63,141 bases of DNA from Dongiaceae bacterium (GCA_035571735.1 DATNCC010000174.1:1-63141); one strand, 5' to 3'. Counted from the stretch's first letter, positions 37,779 through 48,692 are shown. The notes: a model not told the origin generated them from the letters alone. Translations and numbers: made by a program.

Positions 37779-38366
37779 CTATTTCCCTTTTTTCAGATCA
37801 ACCAGAATCAACTTTGCTACCGCTTTGAGCGTTTCAAAAACTCCCTCGCCAGTTGTAGCGCATGCCTCAAATTCAGGGACATTTGTAGGATTCAGCTCGC
37901 GACGCAACTCTTCAACAGGCACGGCATCCGGTATATCCCGTTTGTTGTACTGAATGATGTATGGCAGTTTATCCAGATCGTAGCCCTGCTCCTTGAGGTT
38001 TATCCTCAAATTCTCAAGCGACTCAATATTCGCATCCATTCGTTCTTCCTGGGAATCAGCTACAAAAACAACGCCATCGACACCTTTTAAAATCAGTTTC
38101 CTGGACGCATCATAAAAAACCTGCCCGGGAACAGTGTAGAGATGAAACCGGGTCTTGAATCCGCGAATTTCGCCCAACGAAAGCGGAAGAAAATCAAAAA
38201 ACAGCGTTCGCTCGGTCTCGGTTGCAAGGCTTATCATCTTGCCTCTGGCTTCCGGCGCGGTTTTTTGATAAACAAATTGAAGATTCGTAGTTTTCCCGCA
38301 CAAACCAGGACCGTAATAAACTATTTTACAATTTATTTCACGAGAAGCATAGTTGATGAAGGACAT
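37779..38366 (-). CDS. mglA: Ras-like GTPase MglA
   Basis: [30 protein letters not shown]...[35 protein letters not shown] is nearly identical in pattern to Myxococcus MglA. Confidence 0.95.
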   Translation of the reverse strand: MSFINYASREINCKIVYYGPGLCGKTTNLQFVYQKTAPEARGKMISLATETERTLFFDFLPLSLGEIRGFKTRFHLYTVPGQVFYDASRKLILKGVDGVVFVADSQEERMDANIESLENLRINLKEQGYDLDKLPYIIQYNKRDIPDAVPVEELRRELNPTNVPEFEACATTGEGVFETLKAVAKLILVDLKKGK

Positions 38367-38465
38367 CTTTGGCTTTCCCCACTTTAATTGGTAGGTTAGG
38401 AATTATTTCGGTGATAGCGGGAGCAGTTACAGGTCGTTTTAACCTGCAAAATCGATTGATTGGTT

Positions 38466-38957
38466 TTAACTGAAAAGATTATCGATATCGTCGTCGGTGA
38501 TTTCGGCAAAAGGAAAGTCCGAAGAGCCGCGTTTTTCACGCTCTTCCGACTTTTTCATCACTTTTTCAAATATTGCCGAAAGCTCCTCGGACGTTTTTTT
38601 TACCCGGAGACGGACAAGCCCGAGAGATGAGCGATTGTCAAACAGAACAACAAGAATAACCCTGCCGCCAACAATGGAAATATGGAGATTGTCCTTTTCT
38701 CCTTCATGAAAGAGAATTGAAAATTCCTTTTCGCCGATCAGCTTTGCAAGTCCGCCTGTGGCGGCAATATTTCCGGCAGTCAGTGAAGCAAGTGAAGTGG
38801 TGTCAAAACGCTCGGTTTCTCCGACGCCGGAGATAAGCTGCCCATTTTTGTCTACCAGGAAGATTACCTTGGCGTTTGCTTCATTAAGCAAACGTTCGAT
38901 AACTTCATTGATTTTCTGAAATTCTTCGTCGTACATGACCAGCTGTGAATTGGACAT
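38466..38957 (-). CDS. mglB: Roadblock/LC7 GAP protein MglB
   Basis: Roadblock/LC7-type sequence immediately upstream of mglA, with an acidic C-terminal tail. Confidence 0.8.
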   Translation of the reverse strand: MSNSQLVMYDEEFQKINEVIERLLNEANAKVIFLVDKNGQLISGVGETERFDTTSLASLTAGNIAATGGLAKLIGEKEFSILFHEGEKDNLHISIVGGRVILVVLFDNRSSLGLVRLRVKKTSEELSAIFEKVMKKSEEREKRGSSDFPFAEITDDDIDNLFS

Positions 38958-39185
38958 GCCCTATCTCCTTGCACGGCGACAAATGTATCATCACTACTTA
39001 TAGATTAAAAAATAGATAAAAAAATGAATATCTTGCCTTATAGCAAACCTCCAGCCTGCTTTCAAGCTTATTCGATCCTGTCATCAAGTCCGCGGAAGCA
39101 ATCAGCTGTTTGCTTTACAAAGACGGCTGTGATATCTTGGCTCGTTCATCAAAACTTTACTACACCCGGCTGGAAGGCAGACATT

Positions 39186-40214
39186 ATGGAATTGAGTTTT
39201 TCCAGAAGCAACGAAGAAATTGACTATCTTATCGGCCAGTTGGTTGAAAAATCAGGAGGCATTCATCATCCTGCCGTAATCAAGGAAATGATACTTGCAA
39301 CTCTTAAAATCGGTCAGGAGGTCGATTATCTTGCCGACCTGAAACTGATCAACCGCACATTGCGTGAAATGCGCTATACGGCCAAGGTGTTCGGTCCCTA
39401 TCGCCACCGCAAGAAAGTTACCATATTTGGATCTGCCCGCACGGAAGAGACGGAAGAGATGTATCTGAAATGCGTGCGCTTTAGTCGCAGTCTGGCAGAA
39501 AACGACTATATGGTCATTACCGGGGGCGGGCCCGGAATCATGCGGGCCGGAAATGAAGGGGCGGGAAGCAAAAACTCGTTTGCAGTAAACATTCGGCTCC
39601 CCTTCGAACAGAAGCCAAATCCGGTCATGTATCGCAATCCACGACTTGTGACGTACAAGTACTTCTTCAACCGTAAAGTGGCTTTTGTTAAAGAGGCTGA
39701 TGCAATCGTGGTTTTTCCGGGAGGATTTGGAACTCTGGACGAGGCGATGGAGGTTTTCACCCTGATACAGACCGGTAAAACCTCTCCCAAACCGTTGATT
39801 CTGATGGACGACCGGGATGGTTTCTGGGAGCAATTCTTTGTTTTTATAAAAGAGAGCCTTCTGGTGAAAGGCTTCATCTCCGGCGAGGATTTCTCACTCT
39901 TTTCCATCACCAGAAACGAGGAGGAGGCGCTCCAGATAATTAACACTTTCTATTGCAACTATCATTCACTCAGATTCATTGAGAACCGTCTGGTTATTCG
40001 CCTGCAGAAACCACTTTCGGAAGAACAGGTCGCGACTCTGTCAAAAGAGTTTCCGGAGCTTATCAAGAAAGGTGATCAGATCCGCTGTTGCGAGTCATTC
40101 CCGGAAGAGATCGATGAACCCGACCTTGCCCATCTGCCGCGCATCACCATGCTGTTTGACCATCACCACTACGGACTGCTGGTTGCCTTTATTAACCGTA
40201 TAAATTCTTTCTGA
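39186..40214 (+). CDS. LOG/TIGR00730-family nucleotide nucleosidase-like protein with C-terminal extension
   Basis: VTIFGSAR, ITGGGPGIMRAGNEGA and VFPGGFGTLDEAME motifs. Start placed at ATG 39186. Confidence 0.7.
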   Translation: MELSFSRSNEEIDYLIGQLVEKSGGIHHPAVIKEMILATLKIGQEVDYLADLKLINRTLREMRYTAKVFGPYRHRKKVTIFGSARTEETEEMYLKCVRFSRSLAENDYMVITGGGPGIMRAGNEGAGSKNSFAVNIRLPFEQKPNPVMYRNPRLVTYKYFFNRKVAFVKEADAIVVFPGGFGTLDEAMEVFTLIQTGKTSPKPLILMDDRDGFWEQFFVFIKESLLVKGFISGEDFSLFSITRNEEEALQIINTFYCNYHSLRFIENRLVIRLQKPLSEEQVATLSKEFPELIKKGDQIRCCESFPEEIDEPDLAHLPRITMLFDHHHYGLLVAFINRINSF

Positions 40215-40308
40215 TACTTAAAATACCGTGTTCTCCGCCGCCTGTTTCGTTGACAACATCAGATGCTTGAAGATATAGTTCACTAAATTACTCTCACTTC
40301 GGGACAGC

Positions 40309-41697
40309 ATGCAGGATCTCAAGCATTTAACTCACAAAAAAACAGTCCCCGGTTTCAGGTTATTCGGATACGGTTCCCGAAACAGACGCCTTATACCGGC
40401 CGATAAACCCGTCCGGACCAAACTGTCTCTTCCATCCGGGAAACGTCTCCGCCAACTGAAACTGGCGCTGCTGTTCATAGCTCTTGTGCTGGCCATTGCA
40501 CCGCTCTCCGTTCTGGCGCTGCGTCAGACAAAATCGGTCGAATCGCGCGCCCGGGGTTTGGTTGCATCTTTCACGGCAGCCGCTCCAAAACCGGCTGAAG
40601 CGGCTAAACCACCTGTTTCAACCAGCCGTTTCGAGACCGCCTCAGACATGCTTGCAACGGCAGAGATCAACGGTTCCCGCATTTCTGCCCGTACCCCAGA
40701 AGGGCTGCAACATATCTATACCATTCAGGGCGACCTGCAACAAAGTGTCCATGCTTTTCTGGCAAAGAACCGGGTGCCATATGGCGTTTTTGTCGCCATT
40801 GAACCAGCCTCCGGTCGTATTCTCGGCATGACCTCCTACTCTTCCATTGATCCGAATTGGGAGAAACGCTCCGTCTACGAGCTGTACCCCATGGCCTCAC
40901 TCTTCAAGATCATCACCGCCTCTGCAGCACTCGAGAACCATAAGATTACGCCTGAATCCGTGATCGAATTCCGCGGCAATAACTACTCGGAGAACCCGCG
41001 CTACTGGGATATAAGTCCTCGCGGCAGAAACAACCGCATGGATGCCACCTACGCCATGGGCAAATCGATAAATCCGGTTTACGGGCGAGTTGCAAGCGAC
41101 ATCGCCGGCAAACCATCCCTTATGGCTTCCATATCCAGCTTCGGGTTCAATCAGGAACTGTTGCCCGGCATTCCGGCCAAGCCGAGTCAGGCGGGGGAAC
41201 CTGCCAGTAATCATGGTTTGAGGCTGATGGGAGCGGGCCTCGATCACGACGTTAAAATTTCACCGCTTCACGCTGCGGTGATCATGTCGGCAATAGCCAA
41301 TGGCGGAAAAATGATGGTTCCAGGGCTGACCAGCAGCATTGTCGATGCCCGGGGAGTCGAAACGGAAAAGTTTGCTCCTCGTGAGTTGCGCCGGCTGGTA
41401 ACGCCGGAGACCTCGGCGTCGTTAACCCGAATGCTTTCCAGTACCGTGTCGACCGGAACTTCACGAAAAGCGTTTCATGACCGCCGCGGTCGCCCGCTGC
41501 TGAATGTCTCGATAGCAGCAAAAACAGGATCCATCAACGGCACGGACCCCAAGGGACATTACTCGTGGTTTGCCGCCTTTGCACCGATTCAGAACCCCCG
41601 CATCGCCTTGGTCGCACTGGTTATCAATCCTGATAAATGGAAGGTTAAGGCGTCACAGGTCGGGGAGAAGGCATTGGAAGAGTTCTTCAGGAAATAG
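40309..41697 (+). CDS. penicillin-binding protein (transpeptidase domain)
   Basis: N-terminal TM anchor. SxxK (SLFK), SxN (SIN) and KTG (KTGS) motifs in the correct order. Confidence 0.8.
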   Translation: MQDLKHLTHKKTVPGFRLFGYGSRNRRLIPADKPVRTKLSLPSGKRLRQLKLALLFIALVLAIAPLSVLALRQTKSVESRARGLVASFTAAAPKPAEAAKPPVSTSRFETASDMLATAEINGSRISARTPEGLQHIYTIQGDLQQSVHAFLAKNRVPYGVFVAIEPASGRILGMTSYSSIDPNWEKRSVYELYPMASLFKIITASAALENHKITPESVIEFRGNNYSENPRYWDISPRGRNNRMDATYAMGKSINPVYGRVASDIAGKPSLMASISSFGFNQELLPGIPAKPSQAGEPASNHGLRLMGAGLDHDVKISPLHAAVIMSAIANGGKMMVPGLTSSIVDARGVETEKFAPRELRRLVTPETSASLTRMLSSTVSTGTSRKAFHDRRGRPLLNVSIAAKTGSINGTDPKGHYSWFAAFAPIQNPRIALVALVINPDKWKVKASQVGEKALEEFFRK

Positions 41698-42424
41698 GGA
41701 GGTTCGCGGGATAGGTCATCAGGCGCAACTCTCCATCCCGCATTTCGCCATAGGTAAACTGCTCCATCCAGTCGCCGAGAGACAGGACGACGATGGAAGT
41801 TTCCGGAACGTTTTCACACATGGCAAGATGGAAGTGGCCGGCGACCAACCCTTCGCACCCCTTATTCAGGAGAGAGCGGGCAAAATCAAGAAGGATCTGA
41901 CGGTAGTCCCAGCGCGCTGTTTTTTCACTATAGCCGGCTTGACTCCGTTTCTGCAGATGTTCTCTGATTTTTTGCGCCCATGACGGGGGAAAATGCCTGA
42001 CACTGGCTGCGGCAAGCGGTGTGCGCAGCAGAAAACGCAGCAGACGATAGAGACGATCCTCACTGTTGATCTGGTCACCGTGGCAGATATAAAGCCGCTT
42101 TCCCTGCACCGATTCGATCGCAGGCCCAGTATGGATTTCGGCTTTCAGGCGCTGCGAAAAAATCGTGCCCAGGTGGAAATCGTGATTTCCTTCATAATAG
42201 ACCAGCCGGCAACCGCGCGCCACCAACCGCTCCAACGCATCAAGTATGGCATCATACTGTGTGAACGGGTGTGACGGGAATCCCAGCCAGAAGTCGAACA
42301 GATCGCCCAATATATAGAGGGTGTCCAGATCCCCCTCCAGTTCACGAAGGAAACGAAGCAGCAGGCGGTAGTTGGCATCGTCCGGTGACACGAGGTGGGC
42401 ATCGGCTATAAATATGGCTCGCAT
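41687..42424 (-). CDS. lpxH: UDP-2,3-diacylglucosamine diphosphatase
   Basis: Metallophosphoesterase motifs FIADAHL, LGDLFDFWLG and YEGNHDFH. 245 aa. Confidence 0.85.
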   Translation of the reverse strand: MRAIFIADAHLVSPDDANYRLLLRFLRELEGDLDTLYILGDLFDFWLGFPSHPFTQYDAILDALERLVARGCRLVYYEGNHDFHLGTIFSQRLKAEIHTGPAIESVQGKRLYICHGDQINSEDRLYRLLRFLLRTPLAAASVRHFPPSWAQKIREHLQKRSQAGYSEKTARWDYRQILLDFARSLLNKGCEGLVAGHFHLAMCENVPETSIVVLSLGDWMEQFTYGEMRDGELRLMTYPANLPIS

Positions 42425-42484
42425 GGCGCAGATTGTGCTTCGAGACAGAGTAAAAAGTCAATAAGAAGAATAGGGGAGAAACGG

Positions 42485-42940
42485 ATGGCGACAATTCACA
42501 GTGTTGAAATTTCGTGGGAGGATCTGCTCGGTGCGTTTACGAGCGGACAGCTTGATAAAGCATATTATCTCGATCGGCTGACCGGCGAAATATTCTCTGT
42601 GCCCTCTACGCCTGACAGCAACGAGGTCCGGCAACAGCTTCTGAACAACGGCGAACGCTTCCTGGAAATTCCCCCGTTTGACTACCGCAGTGAACGGCAG
42701 ATAGTGACCGAGTTTGTTGCACAGATCTCCGATCCTGAATTAAGAGTCCTTCTGCACAATTCGCTGGCAGCCAGAAAACCGTTCGGAAAAATCGAGGATA
42801 TCCTCTCGTTCTACCCGCAGGAGGAAGAGCGTTTTGCGTTATTGAAGGATCAGTTTCTTTCCAGACGCCTCAAATCATGGATGGAAGAAAATAACCTGTT
42901 CACGGCCGATTCGGTCCTGCAGGGCATGAAGCACGCCTAG
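42485..42940 (+). CDS. UPF0158-like protein
   Basis: The N-terminal pattern ...SWEDLLGAF.....AYYLDRLTGEI resembles UPF0158; recognition only. Confidence 0.45.
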   Translation: MATIHSVEISWEDLLGAFTSGQLDKAYYLDRLTGEIFSVPSTPDSNEVRQQLLNNGERFLEIPPFDYRSERQIVTEFVAQISDPELRVLLHNSLAARKPFGKIEDILSFYPQEEERFALLKDQFLSRRLKSWMEENNLFTADSVLQGMKHA

Positions 42941-43024
42941 TAAGTTACAAAGTATGTTCTGCGTTTTTCGGCAGAAAATACTTTGGCTAACGAACTATCC
43001 TGTTTATCAGGGTTAGGAGAGAAC

Positions 43025-44086
43025 ATGGAGCATACTCACCACGTTCATACGCCGCGCAGCGATTACGGCAGGTTCATCGCCTCGATTCTGCTTTTCTGCC
43101 TGCTGGCTTTTGCCGGTTACGCCCTGCAGCATACCATTTCATGCTTTCTGCTTTCCTGGGTCATCGCCTACCTTCTCGATCCCCTTCTCGTGGCTGCCTG
43201 TCGGCGTGGCATGAAACGGATCTACGCCCTGGTGGTTCTCTATGTTGTCTTGACGATTCTGACCGTCTTTTTTCTGATGTTCATCGTACCGGCCATCACC
43301 ATCAGCTGGAACTCCTTCGTCCTTGATCTGCCGGCCTATATCCTGAAGCTCAAGCAGGTCGCCCTGGACTGGAAAGAACGTATTCCCGACCGCTATGGAT
43401 CGGATGAAATTCAGTGGCTGATTGACAAGGCATCCGCCAACATCGACACCGCGACGGAAAAGACCGGATTCTGGGCCTACAACTTCGGCACCAGCATCTT
43501 TTTTAATCTCTTCAACATCGTACTCTCACCGATCCTGGTATTCTTCATGCTCTACTACAAACAGACCGTTATCGATACCGTCATCTCCTGGCTCCCCGAA
43601 AGCCGGCGCACCCAGATCGTGGATATTGCTAACGAAGTCAACACCAGTATAGGCGGCTATCTGCGCGGCCAGGTGGTGGTTTCCATCATCGTTGCCCTGC
43701 TCGCAACCATCGCTCTTTTTGCGCTCGGCATCCCTCATCCGATCTTCTGCGGCGCTTTTGCGGGCGCTGCCTCGATCCTGCCGTTTATAGGCGTTATCAT
43801 CGCAACGCTGCCGGCGCTCTTCTTTGCCTGGTTCAAATTCCAGTCTGCCGCCATGCTCGGACAGACCGCGTTTGCATTTGCCATCATCTACTTCGTCGAG
43901 GGGTATGTCATAAAGCCGCTGGTCTTCAAGGAGTCGATGAACCTGAACCCCCTGGTAACCATTGTCATGGTCATGGCTCTCGGTGAAACGCTCGGATTCT
44001 GGGGCATCCTCCTGGCGCTCCCCATTGCATCGGCAATCAAGATCACCTGGGGTCACTTCGTTCGGGGCGATTTCAAAACGAGGTAA
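43025..44086 (+). CDS. AI-2E family (PerM-like) transporter
   Basis: About eight TM segments with the AI-2E-type layout. ATG 43025 follows GGAGAG. Confidence 0.7.
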   Translation: MEHTHHVHTPRSDYGRFIASILLFCLLAFAGYALQHTISCFLLSWVIAYLLDPLLVAACRRGMKRIYALVVLYVVLTILTVFFLMFIVPAITISWNSFVLDLPAYILKLKQVALDWKERIPDRYGSDEIQWLIDKASANIDTATEKTGFWAYNFGTSIFFNLFNIVLSPILVFFMLYYKQTVIDTVISWLPESRRTQIVDIANEVNTSIGGYLRGQVVVSIIVALLATIALFALGIPHPIFCGAFAGAASILPFIGVIIATLPALFFAWFKFQSAAMLGQTAFAFAIIYFVEGYVIKPLVFKESMNLNPLVTIVMVMALGETLGFWGILLALPIASAIKITWGHFVRGDFKTR

Positions 44087-44092
44087 AGATTC

Positions 44093-46561
44093 GTGAGCAA
44101 GGCAACTTTTCCAGCCCCGAGAAACGGGATAGGTGCGTTAACGAAGTTATCTTCTGCCGAAAAAACGCAGAATATAACTTCAAACTTACCAATAACCGGA
44201 ATGTCCTGTGCCAATTGCGCCGCCCGGATCGAAAAGGATCTATCAGGACGGAAAGGGGTGCAGGGCGCCGTGGTCAATTTCGCCATGGCGGAACTGACAG
44301 TCAGCCACGACCCCGCCATCATATCGAAAGAACAGATCGCCGGATTCGTCGAGGCGCTCGGATACGGCGCCGTCCTGCCTGAACCGGACGGCGAACTGAC
44401 TTTTAACGTACGCGGACTGCACTGCGCAACCTGCGTGGGCACCCTTGAAAAGAAGCTGCTTGAACACCCCGCCATTACCACCGCCATCGTCAACCTGGCT
44501 GCTGAAACCGGCTTCGTCCGTTTCGACCCGGAGCGGCTTGGTCCCTCCGACATCTTCAGTATCGTCCATGCAGCAGGCTACACCCCGGTAGAACTGCGCG
44601 GTGCCGACATTGCCCAGGTCGATGACCTCCGTTCCCAACGGGACTGGTTTATCTTTTCAATGCTCGCTTCATTGCCGATCATGCTTACGATGGGCTTGCA
44701 CTCCAATCGTGCCGCGATGCAGCTCAGCCTGCTGCTGGCCACGGCGGTCCAGTTTTCCGCAGGGCTGATCTTCTACCGCGGCGCCTGGAGCTCCCTCAAA
44801 AACCGCAGCGCCAACATGGATGTTCTGGTAGCCCTGGGCACTTCGGCCGCCTATTTTTATTCGCTGGCCGCCTACTTCGGGCTGCTGGGTCCGCATCGCG
44901 AAGTATTCTTCGAAACCTCGGTCATGCTGATTGCATTTATCCGTCTCGGGAAATATCTTGAGGCCCGCGCCCGCGGCAAGGCGAGTGAGGCTCTCAAGAA
45001 ACTGCTCCACCTGCAGGCCGACAAGGCCCGCCTGGTCACCGAAGACGGCGAGAAGGAGGTGCCCGCCTCCGTTATCCGGGTCGGCGACGTCGTTCTGGTG
45101 CGAGCCGGAGATATCATACCGGTAGATGGCGAAGTGATCGACGGGGGGGGTGCCGTCAACGAGAGCATGGTCACGGGCGAGTCCCTGCCGGTATTGAAAA
45201 AGCCGGGTGATCCCGTTTCCGGTGCAACCGTCAGCACCAACGGTGTCATGCGGATCCGGGCAACCCGAATCGGCGAGGCTACCCTGCTGGCGCAAATCAT
45301 CAAGATGGTACGGGAAGCACAGGGGGACAAAGCCCCGATTCAAAAGTTTGCCGACGCCGTATCGGCCTGGTTCGTGCCGCTGGTGATGCTGCTGGCCGCG
45401 GCCACCTTTGTCATCTGGTACGCGGTTCTTGCCAGCGACTTCCTGACCGCCTTCCGCTACGCGATCGCCGTAGTGGTAATCGCCTGCCCATGCGCCATGG
45501 GTCTGGCAACGCCGACCGCCATCATGGTCGGAAGCGGCATTGCCCTTGGTCGCGGGATACTGGTAAAAAAAGGTTCCGTTCTCGAGACAATCTCACGCAT
45601 GAATGTGCTCCTGCTCGACAAAACCGGCACCCTGACCAGGGGGACTCCGGAGATGACCGACCTGGTGCCGGTTGCCAGAAACATCGACCCGACCAGGCTG
45701 CTCGAATGCCTGGCTACCGCCGAAGCGTATTCGACCCATCCACTGGCCCAGGCGGCAATCGCAGCGGCGCGGGAAGCGGGGGTCGAGCCGGGCCGAGCTG
45801 ATGAATTCGAGGAGCGTGGCGGCTTCGGAGTGACCTGCTCGTACGAGGGTTTTCAGCTCGCGGTCGGCAACGAGCGGCTGATGGAAGAGCTCGGGATTTC
45901 TCTGGCTCCACTGTCGAAGAAAGTTTCCGAATTGACGGCGGCAGGCAAGTCGCTGGTCTATGTCGCTGCCGGCAACACCTTGGTTGGCGTCGCGGCATTT
46001 GCCGACACCCTGAGACCGGAATCGATCGATGCGGTTGCCGAACTGCGCCGCATGGGCATAACCACCTGTATGATTACCGGAGATCACACCGATGTTGCCG
46101 CTACCATAGCAAAACAGGCGGGGGTCGACACGTTTGAAGCCGAAGTGATGCCGGATCGCAAACGGGAAGTGGTCAAGGAGTACCAGAATCGCGGCATGAC
46201 CGTCGGCATGGTGGGTGACGGCATCAATGATGCGCCCGCCCTTGCCCAGGCCCAGATCGGCATCGCCATCGGCGGAGGGACCGATGTCGCCAAGGAGACC
46301 GGCGATATAGTCCTGATGCGCAGTGATTTGATGGATGCCGTGCGGGCGATCGCAATCGGCCGGGCCACACTTGCCAAGATCAAGCAGAATCTGTTCTGGG
46401 CTCTTTTTTACAACATCCTCGGCATTCCGGTAGCTGCAGGAGTGCTGTCCGGCTACGGCATATATCTCAAACCGGAGTATGCCGGTCTGGCGATGGCTTT
46501 TTCGTCGGTATCGGTTGTTCTCAACTCTCTTCTGCTGAAACGGATCGTAAAATTTATTTGA
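44093..46561 (+). CDS. copA: copper-translocating P1B-type ATPase
   Basis: Two HMA domains (GMSCANC, GLHCATC), a CPC motif (IACPCAMG), DKTGTLT and GDGINDAP. Confidence 0.9.
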   Translation: MSKATFPAPRNGIGALTKLSSAEKTQNITSNLPITGMSCANCAARIEKDLSGRKGVQGAVVNFAMAELTVSHDPAIISKEQIAGFVEALGYGAVLPEPDGELTFNVRGLHCATCVGTLEKKLLEHPAITTAIVNLAAETGFVRFDPERLGPSDIFSIVHAAGYTPVELRGADIAQVDDLRSQRDWFIFSMLASLPIMLTMGLHSNRAAMQLSLLLATAVQFSAGLIFYRGAWSSLKNRSANMDVLVALGTSAAYFYSLAAYFGLLGPHREVFFETSVMLIAFIRLGKYLEARARGKASEALKKLLHLQADKARLVTEDGEKEVPASVIRVGDVVLVRAGDIIPVDGEVIDGGGAVNESMVTGESLPVLKKPGDPVSGATVSTNGVMRIRATRIGEATLLAQIIKMVREAQGDKAPIQKFADAVSAWFVPLVMLLAAATFVIWYAVLASDFLTAFRYAIAVVVIACPCAMGLATPTAIMVGSGIALGRGILVKKGSVLETISRMNVLLLDKTGTLTRGTPEMTDLVPVARNIDPTRLLECLATAEAYSTHPLAQAAIAAAREAGVEPGRADEFEERGGFGVTCSYEGFQLAVGNERLMEELGISLAPLSKKVSELTAAGKSLVYVAAGNTLVGVAAFADTLRPESIDAVAELRRMGITTCMITGDHTDVAATIAKQAGVDTFEAEVMPDRKREVVKEYQNRGMTVGMVGDGINDAPALAQAQIGIAIGGGTDVAKETGDIVLMRSDLMDAVRAIAIGRATLAKIKQNLFWALFYNILGIPVAAGVLSGYGIYLKPEYAGLAMAFSSVSVVLNSLLLKRIVKFI

Positions 46562-46593
46562 GTGCAATAGTCGGTGTTTTTCGGGGGGAACGA

Positions 46594-47682
46594 GTGCCTT
46601 TTCTCAAAATCTATCTGGACCGCCTCGCGATCTGTATTGCTGCGGCGGCATTCGTAGCACTTCTGTCCGGAATATCAGGCGCTGAAGAAAACGGCTCCAT
46701 TCCTGAAAAACCTGCCGGAGAGGCGACAGCCGAACGACTGGAGTCACTGCCGGCTGCTCCGGAAAACATCAAAACAGCCGCTTCGGGCAGCTATTACAGA
46801 ATCGACGCGAACAGCTATGCCTATTACGAAAAGCCCAAGGCATTCGGTTTCCTGGTAAACGCCCCGCTTGATATCGCCGACTGGCTAAAAGACAGCTTTC
46901 AAAAGAAAAATGCCCTCACCATTGCCGGACTGGCGGTTGTAACGGGCGGTCTGATCGTGGTTGATCAGGATCTGGTCCGGATATCACGCGATGTCGGTCA
47001 CAGCCTGGGTATTTCCGGCGACAGCGTCATGGGACGTGTTGCCCCCGGCTCTCCTATCCAGTACCCGATCGATTTCGGTACGACGCTTTACTACCTGGGT
47101 GACGGCATGATCCCGATTTCGATCACTGTCGGCATGTTCAGCTACGGAATGGCCACCACCGACGTCCGTAGTCTTCAGACATCCAGCCAGCTGGCGGAAG
47201 GGCTTCTTTCCGTTGCAATCGTGACGCAAGCCATCAAGCGCGTCACCGGACGTGAGAGCCCTGAAACTGCGACGAAGTCGGGTGGAAAATGGCGGTTTTT
47301 CCCGAGTTTCAAAGCGTACGGCAGTAATACTCCAAAGTATGACGCGATGCCGTCCGGGCATTTTGCAACCGGAATGATGACCATCACAGTACTGGCCGAT
47401 AACTATCCCGAATACACCCTTATCAAGCCGATCGGTTACGGTTTGTTGACGGCGGCCGGGTTTCAGATGATGAACAACGGCGTCCACTGGGCCAGTGATT
47501 ATCCGCTTGCGCTGGCAATCGGCTATGGTCTCGGCAAGGTTGCCGTCTCTCACGGCCGAAAAGTGGTTTCGGCGGGAGACGTTCCCGAAAAGAGCTCGAA
47601 ACGATCACCGGTCAGCGACATCGTGATTCTCCCGATGCCGATCAATAACGGCGGAGCGCTTTTTGCCGTCGGCAAATTCTGA
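46594..47682 (+). CDS. PAP2-family phosphatase (paralogue 1)
   Basis: PSGH and HWASD motifs of the acid phosphatase/PAP2 signature. Start uncertain: GTG 46594 after GGGGGGA, or TTG 46558 overlapping the copA stop. Confidence 0.7.
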   Translation: MPFLKIYLDRLAICIAAAAFVALLSGISGAEENGSIPEKPAGEATAERLESLPAAPENIKTAASGSYYRIDANSYAYYEKPKAFGFLVNAPLDIADWLKDSFQKKNALTIAGLAVVTGGLIVVDQDLVRISRDVGHSLGISGDSVMGRVAPGSPIQYPIDFGTTLYYLGDGMIPISITVGMFSYGMATTDVRSLQTSSQLAEGLLSVAIVTQAIKRVTGRESPETATKSGGKWRFFPSFKAYGSNTPKYDAMPSGHFATGMMTITVLADNYPEYTLIKPIGYGLLTAAGFQMMNNGVHWASDYPLALAIGYGLGKVAVSHGRKVVSAGDVPEKSSKRSPVSDIVILPMPINNGGALFAVGKF

Positions 47683-47704
47683 ATTCCACCCGTAAGGATC
47701 TCAC

Positions 47705-48607
47705 GTGACCCGTACAATTTCGGGATGTCATACCTTTTCAACCCCATCTCGGCGCTGCCTTATCGGAATCGCTGTCTTGCACATGTTCGCAGCGACGTTT
47801 CCAGCATATGCGGAAACGGTGACGGACCCCGTCAAGGAGCCGGCACCCGCAGCATCCGAACCGGCGCAGCCCGACCGGATCACCGGCGAATACCTCAAAG
47901 GTTACTTCACCGACACCGGCAGAATTCTGGCGTCGCCGGTGAACTGGGACGGAAGCGATTGGCTGAAAGCCGGTCTGGTTATCGGAGCGACGTCGGGACT
48001 CTTTTTTGCCGATGCCGATATCAGGGACTTCGCCCAGAAAAATCAAAGCTCGACCGGAGGCAGGGGCGCCGCCGTCGGTAATGCTCTCGGCAACCCGCTC
48101 TATACCTTGCCGCCGCTCGGACTGTTCTATCTGTATGGCCACTTCAACGAAGACCCGAAAGCGCGCCGGACGTCCCTGCTCGCAGTGGAAAGTCTCGCCG
48201 TCAGCGGAGCATTCACCTGGACCTTAAAGGTGACAGCACAGCGTCCCCGCCCCTTTACCGGAGCGGGTCCCGGCACTTGGAACGGCCCAGGCTCCAAGAT
48301 AGGCGACTACTCTTTTCCCTCCGGGCACACTACGGCCGCATTTTCGGTTGCGACCGTCATTGCCGAAGAGTACGGCTCCAATCCATATGTTCCCCCGATC
48401 GCGTACGGATTGGCCACGCTTACCGGACTTGCGCGCATCTACGACAATAAGCACTGGGCATCCGATGCCTTTTTCGGCGGGGCGATCGGCTACTTCGTCG
48501 GAAAAACCGTGGTTCGCTACCATTCTGTCCAGAGTGATAAGGCCCTGAAGATACTGCCTGCGGTCAGTCAACAGGGGTTCGGCCTGATGGCCGAATACCG
48601 ATTTTGA
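47705..48607 (+). CDS. PAP2-family phosphatase (paralogue 2)
   Basis: KVTAQRPRP, FPSGHTTAAF and HWASDAFFG motifs. Signal peptide ending PAYA. Confidence 0.75.
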   Translation: MTRTISGCHTFSTPSRRCLIGIAVLHMFAATFPAYAETVTDPVKEPAPAASEPAQPDRITGEYLKGYFTDTGRILASPVNWDGSDWLKAGLVIGATSGLFFADADIRDFAQKNQSSTGGRGAAVGNALGNPLYTLPPLGLFYLYGHFNEDPKARRTSLLAVESLAVSGAFTWTLKVTAQRPRPFTGAGPGTWNGPGSKIGDYSFPSGHTTAAFSVATVIAEEYGSNPYVPPIAYGLATLTGLARIYDNKHWASDAFFGGAIGYFVGKTVVRYHSVQSDKALKILPAVSQQGFGLMAEYRF

Positions 48608-48692
48608 TTCGCGCCAGCTGAATTATGAACGGCTGCATTTGAAATACCGGGGATGGGACCGGGTTCCGGATCGAAGTACAGGTGTAACCGGA

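Noticed and set aside
39024-39185. Long N-terminal extension of the LOG-family ORF
   Set aside because: The extension lies in the mglB-divergent promoter region, has odd composition, and adds no recognisable domain. The ATG at 39186 precedes the conserved core.
45593-46567. 324-aa minus-strand ORF (and 44669..45343) inside copA
   Set aside because: They are antisense to a P-type ATPase with all canonical motifs in order, and their composition is low-complexity and Arg/Gly-rich.
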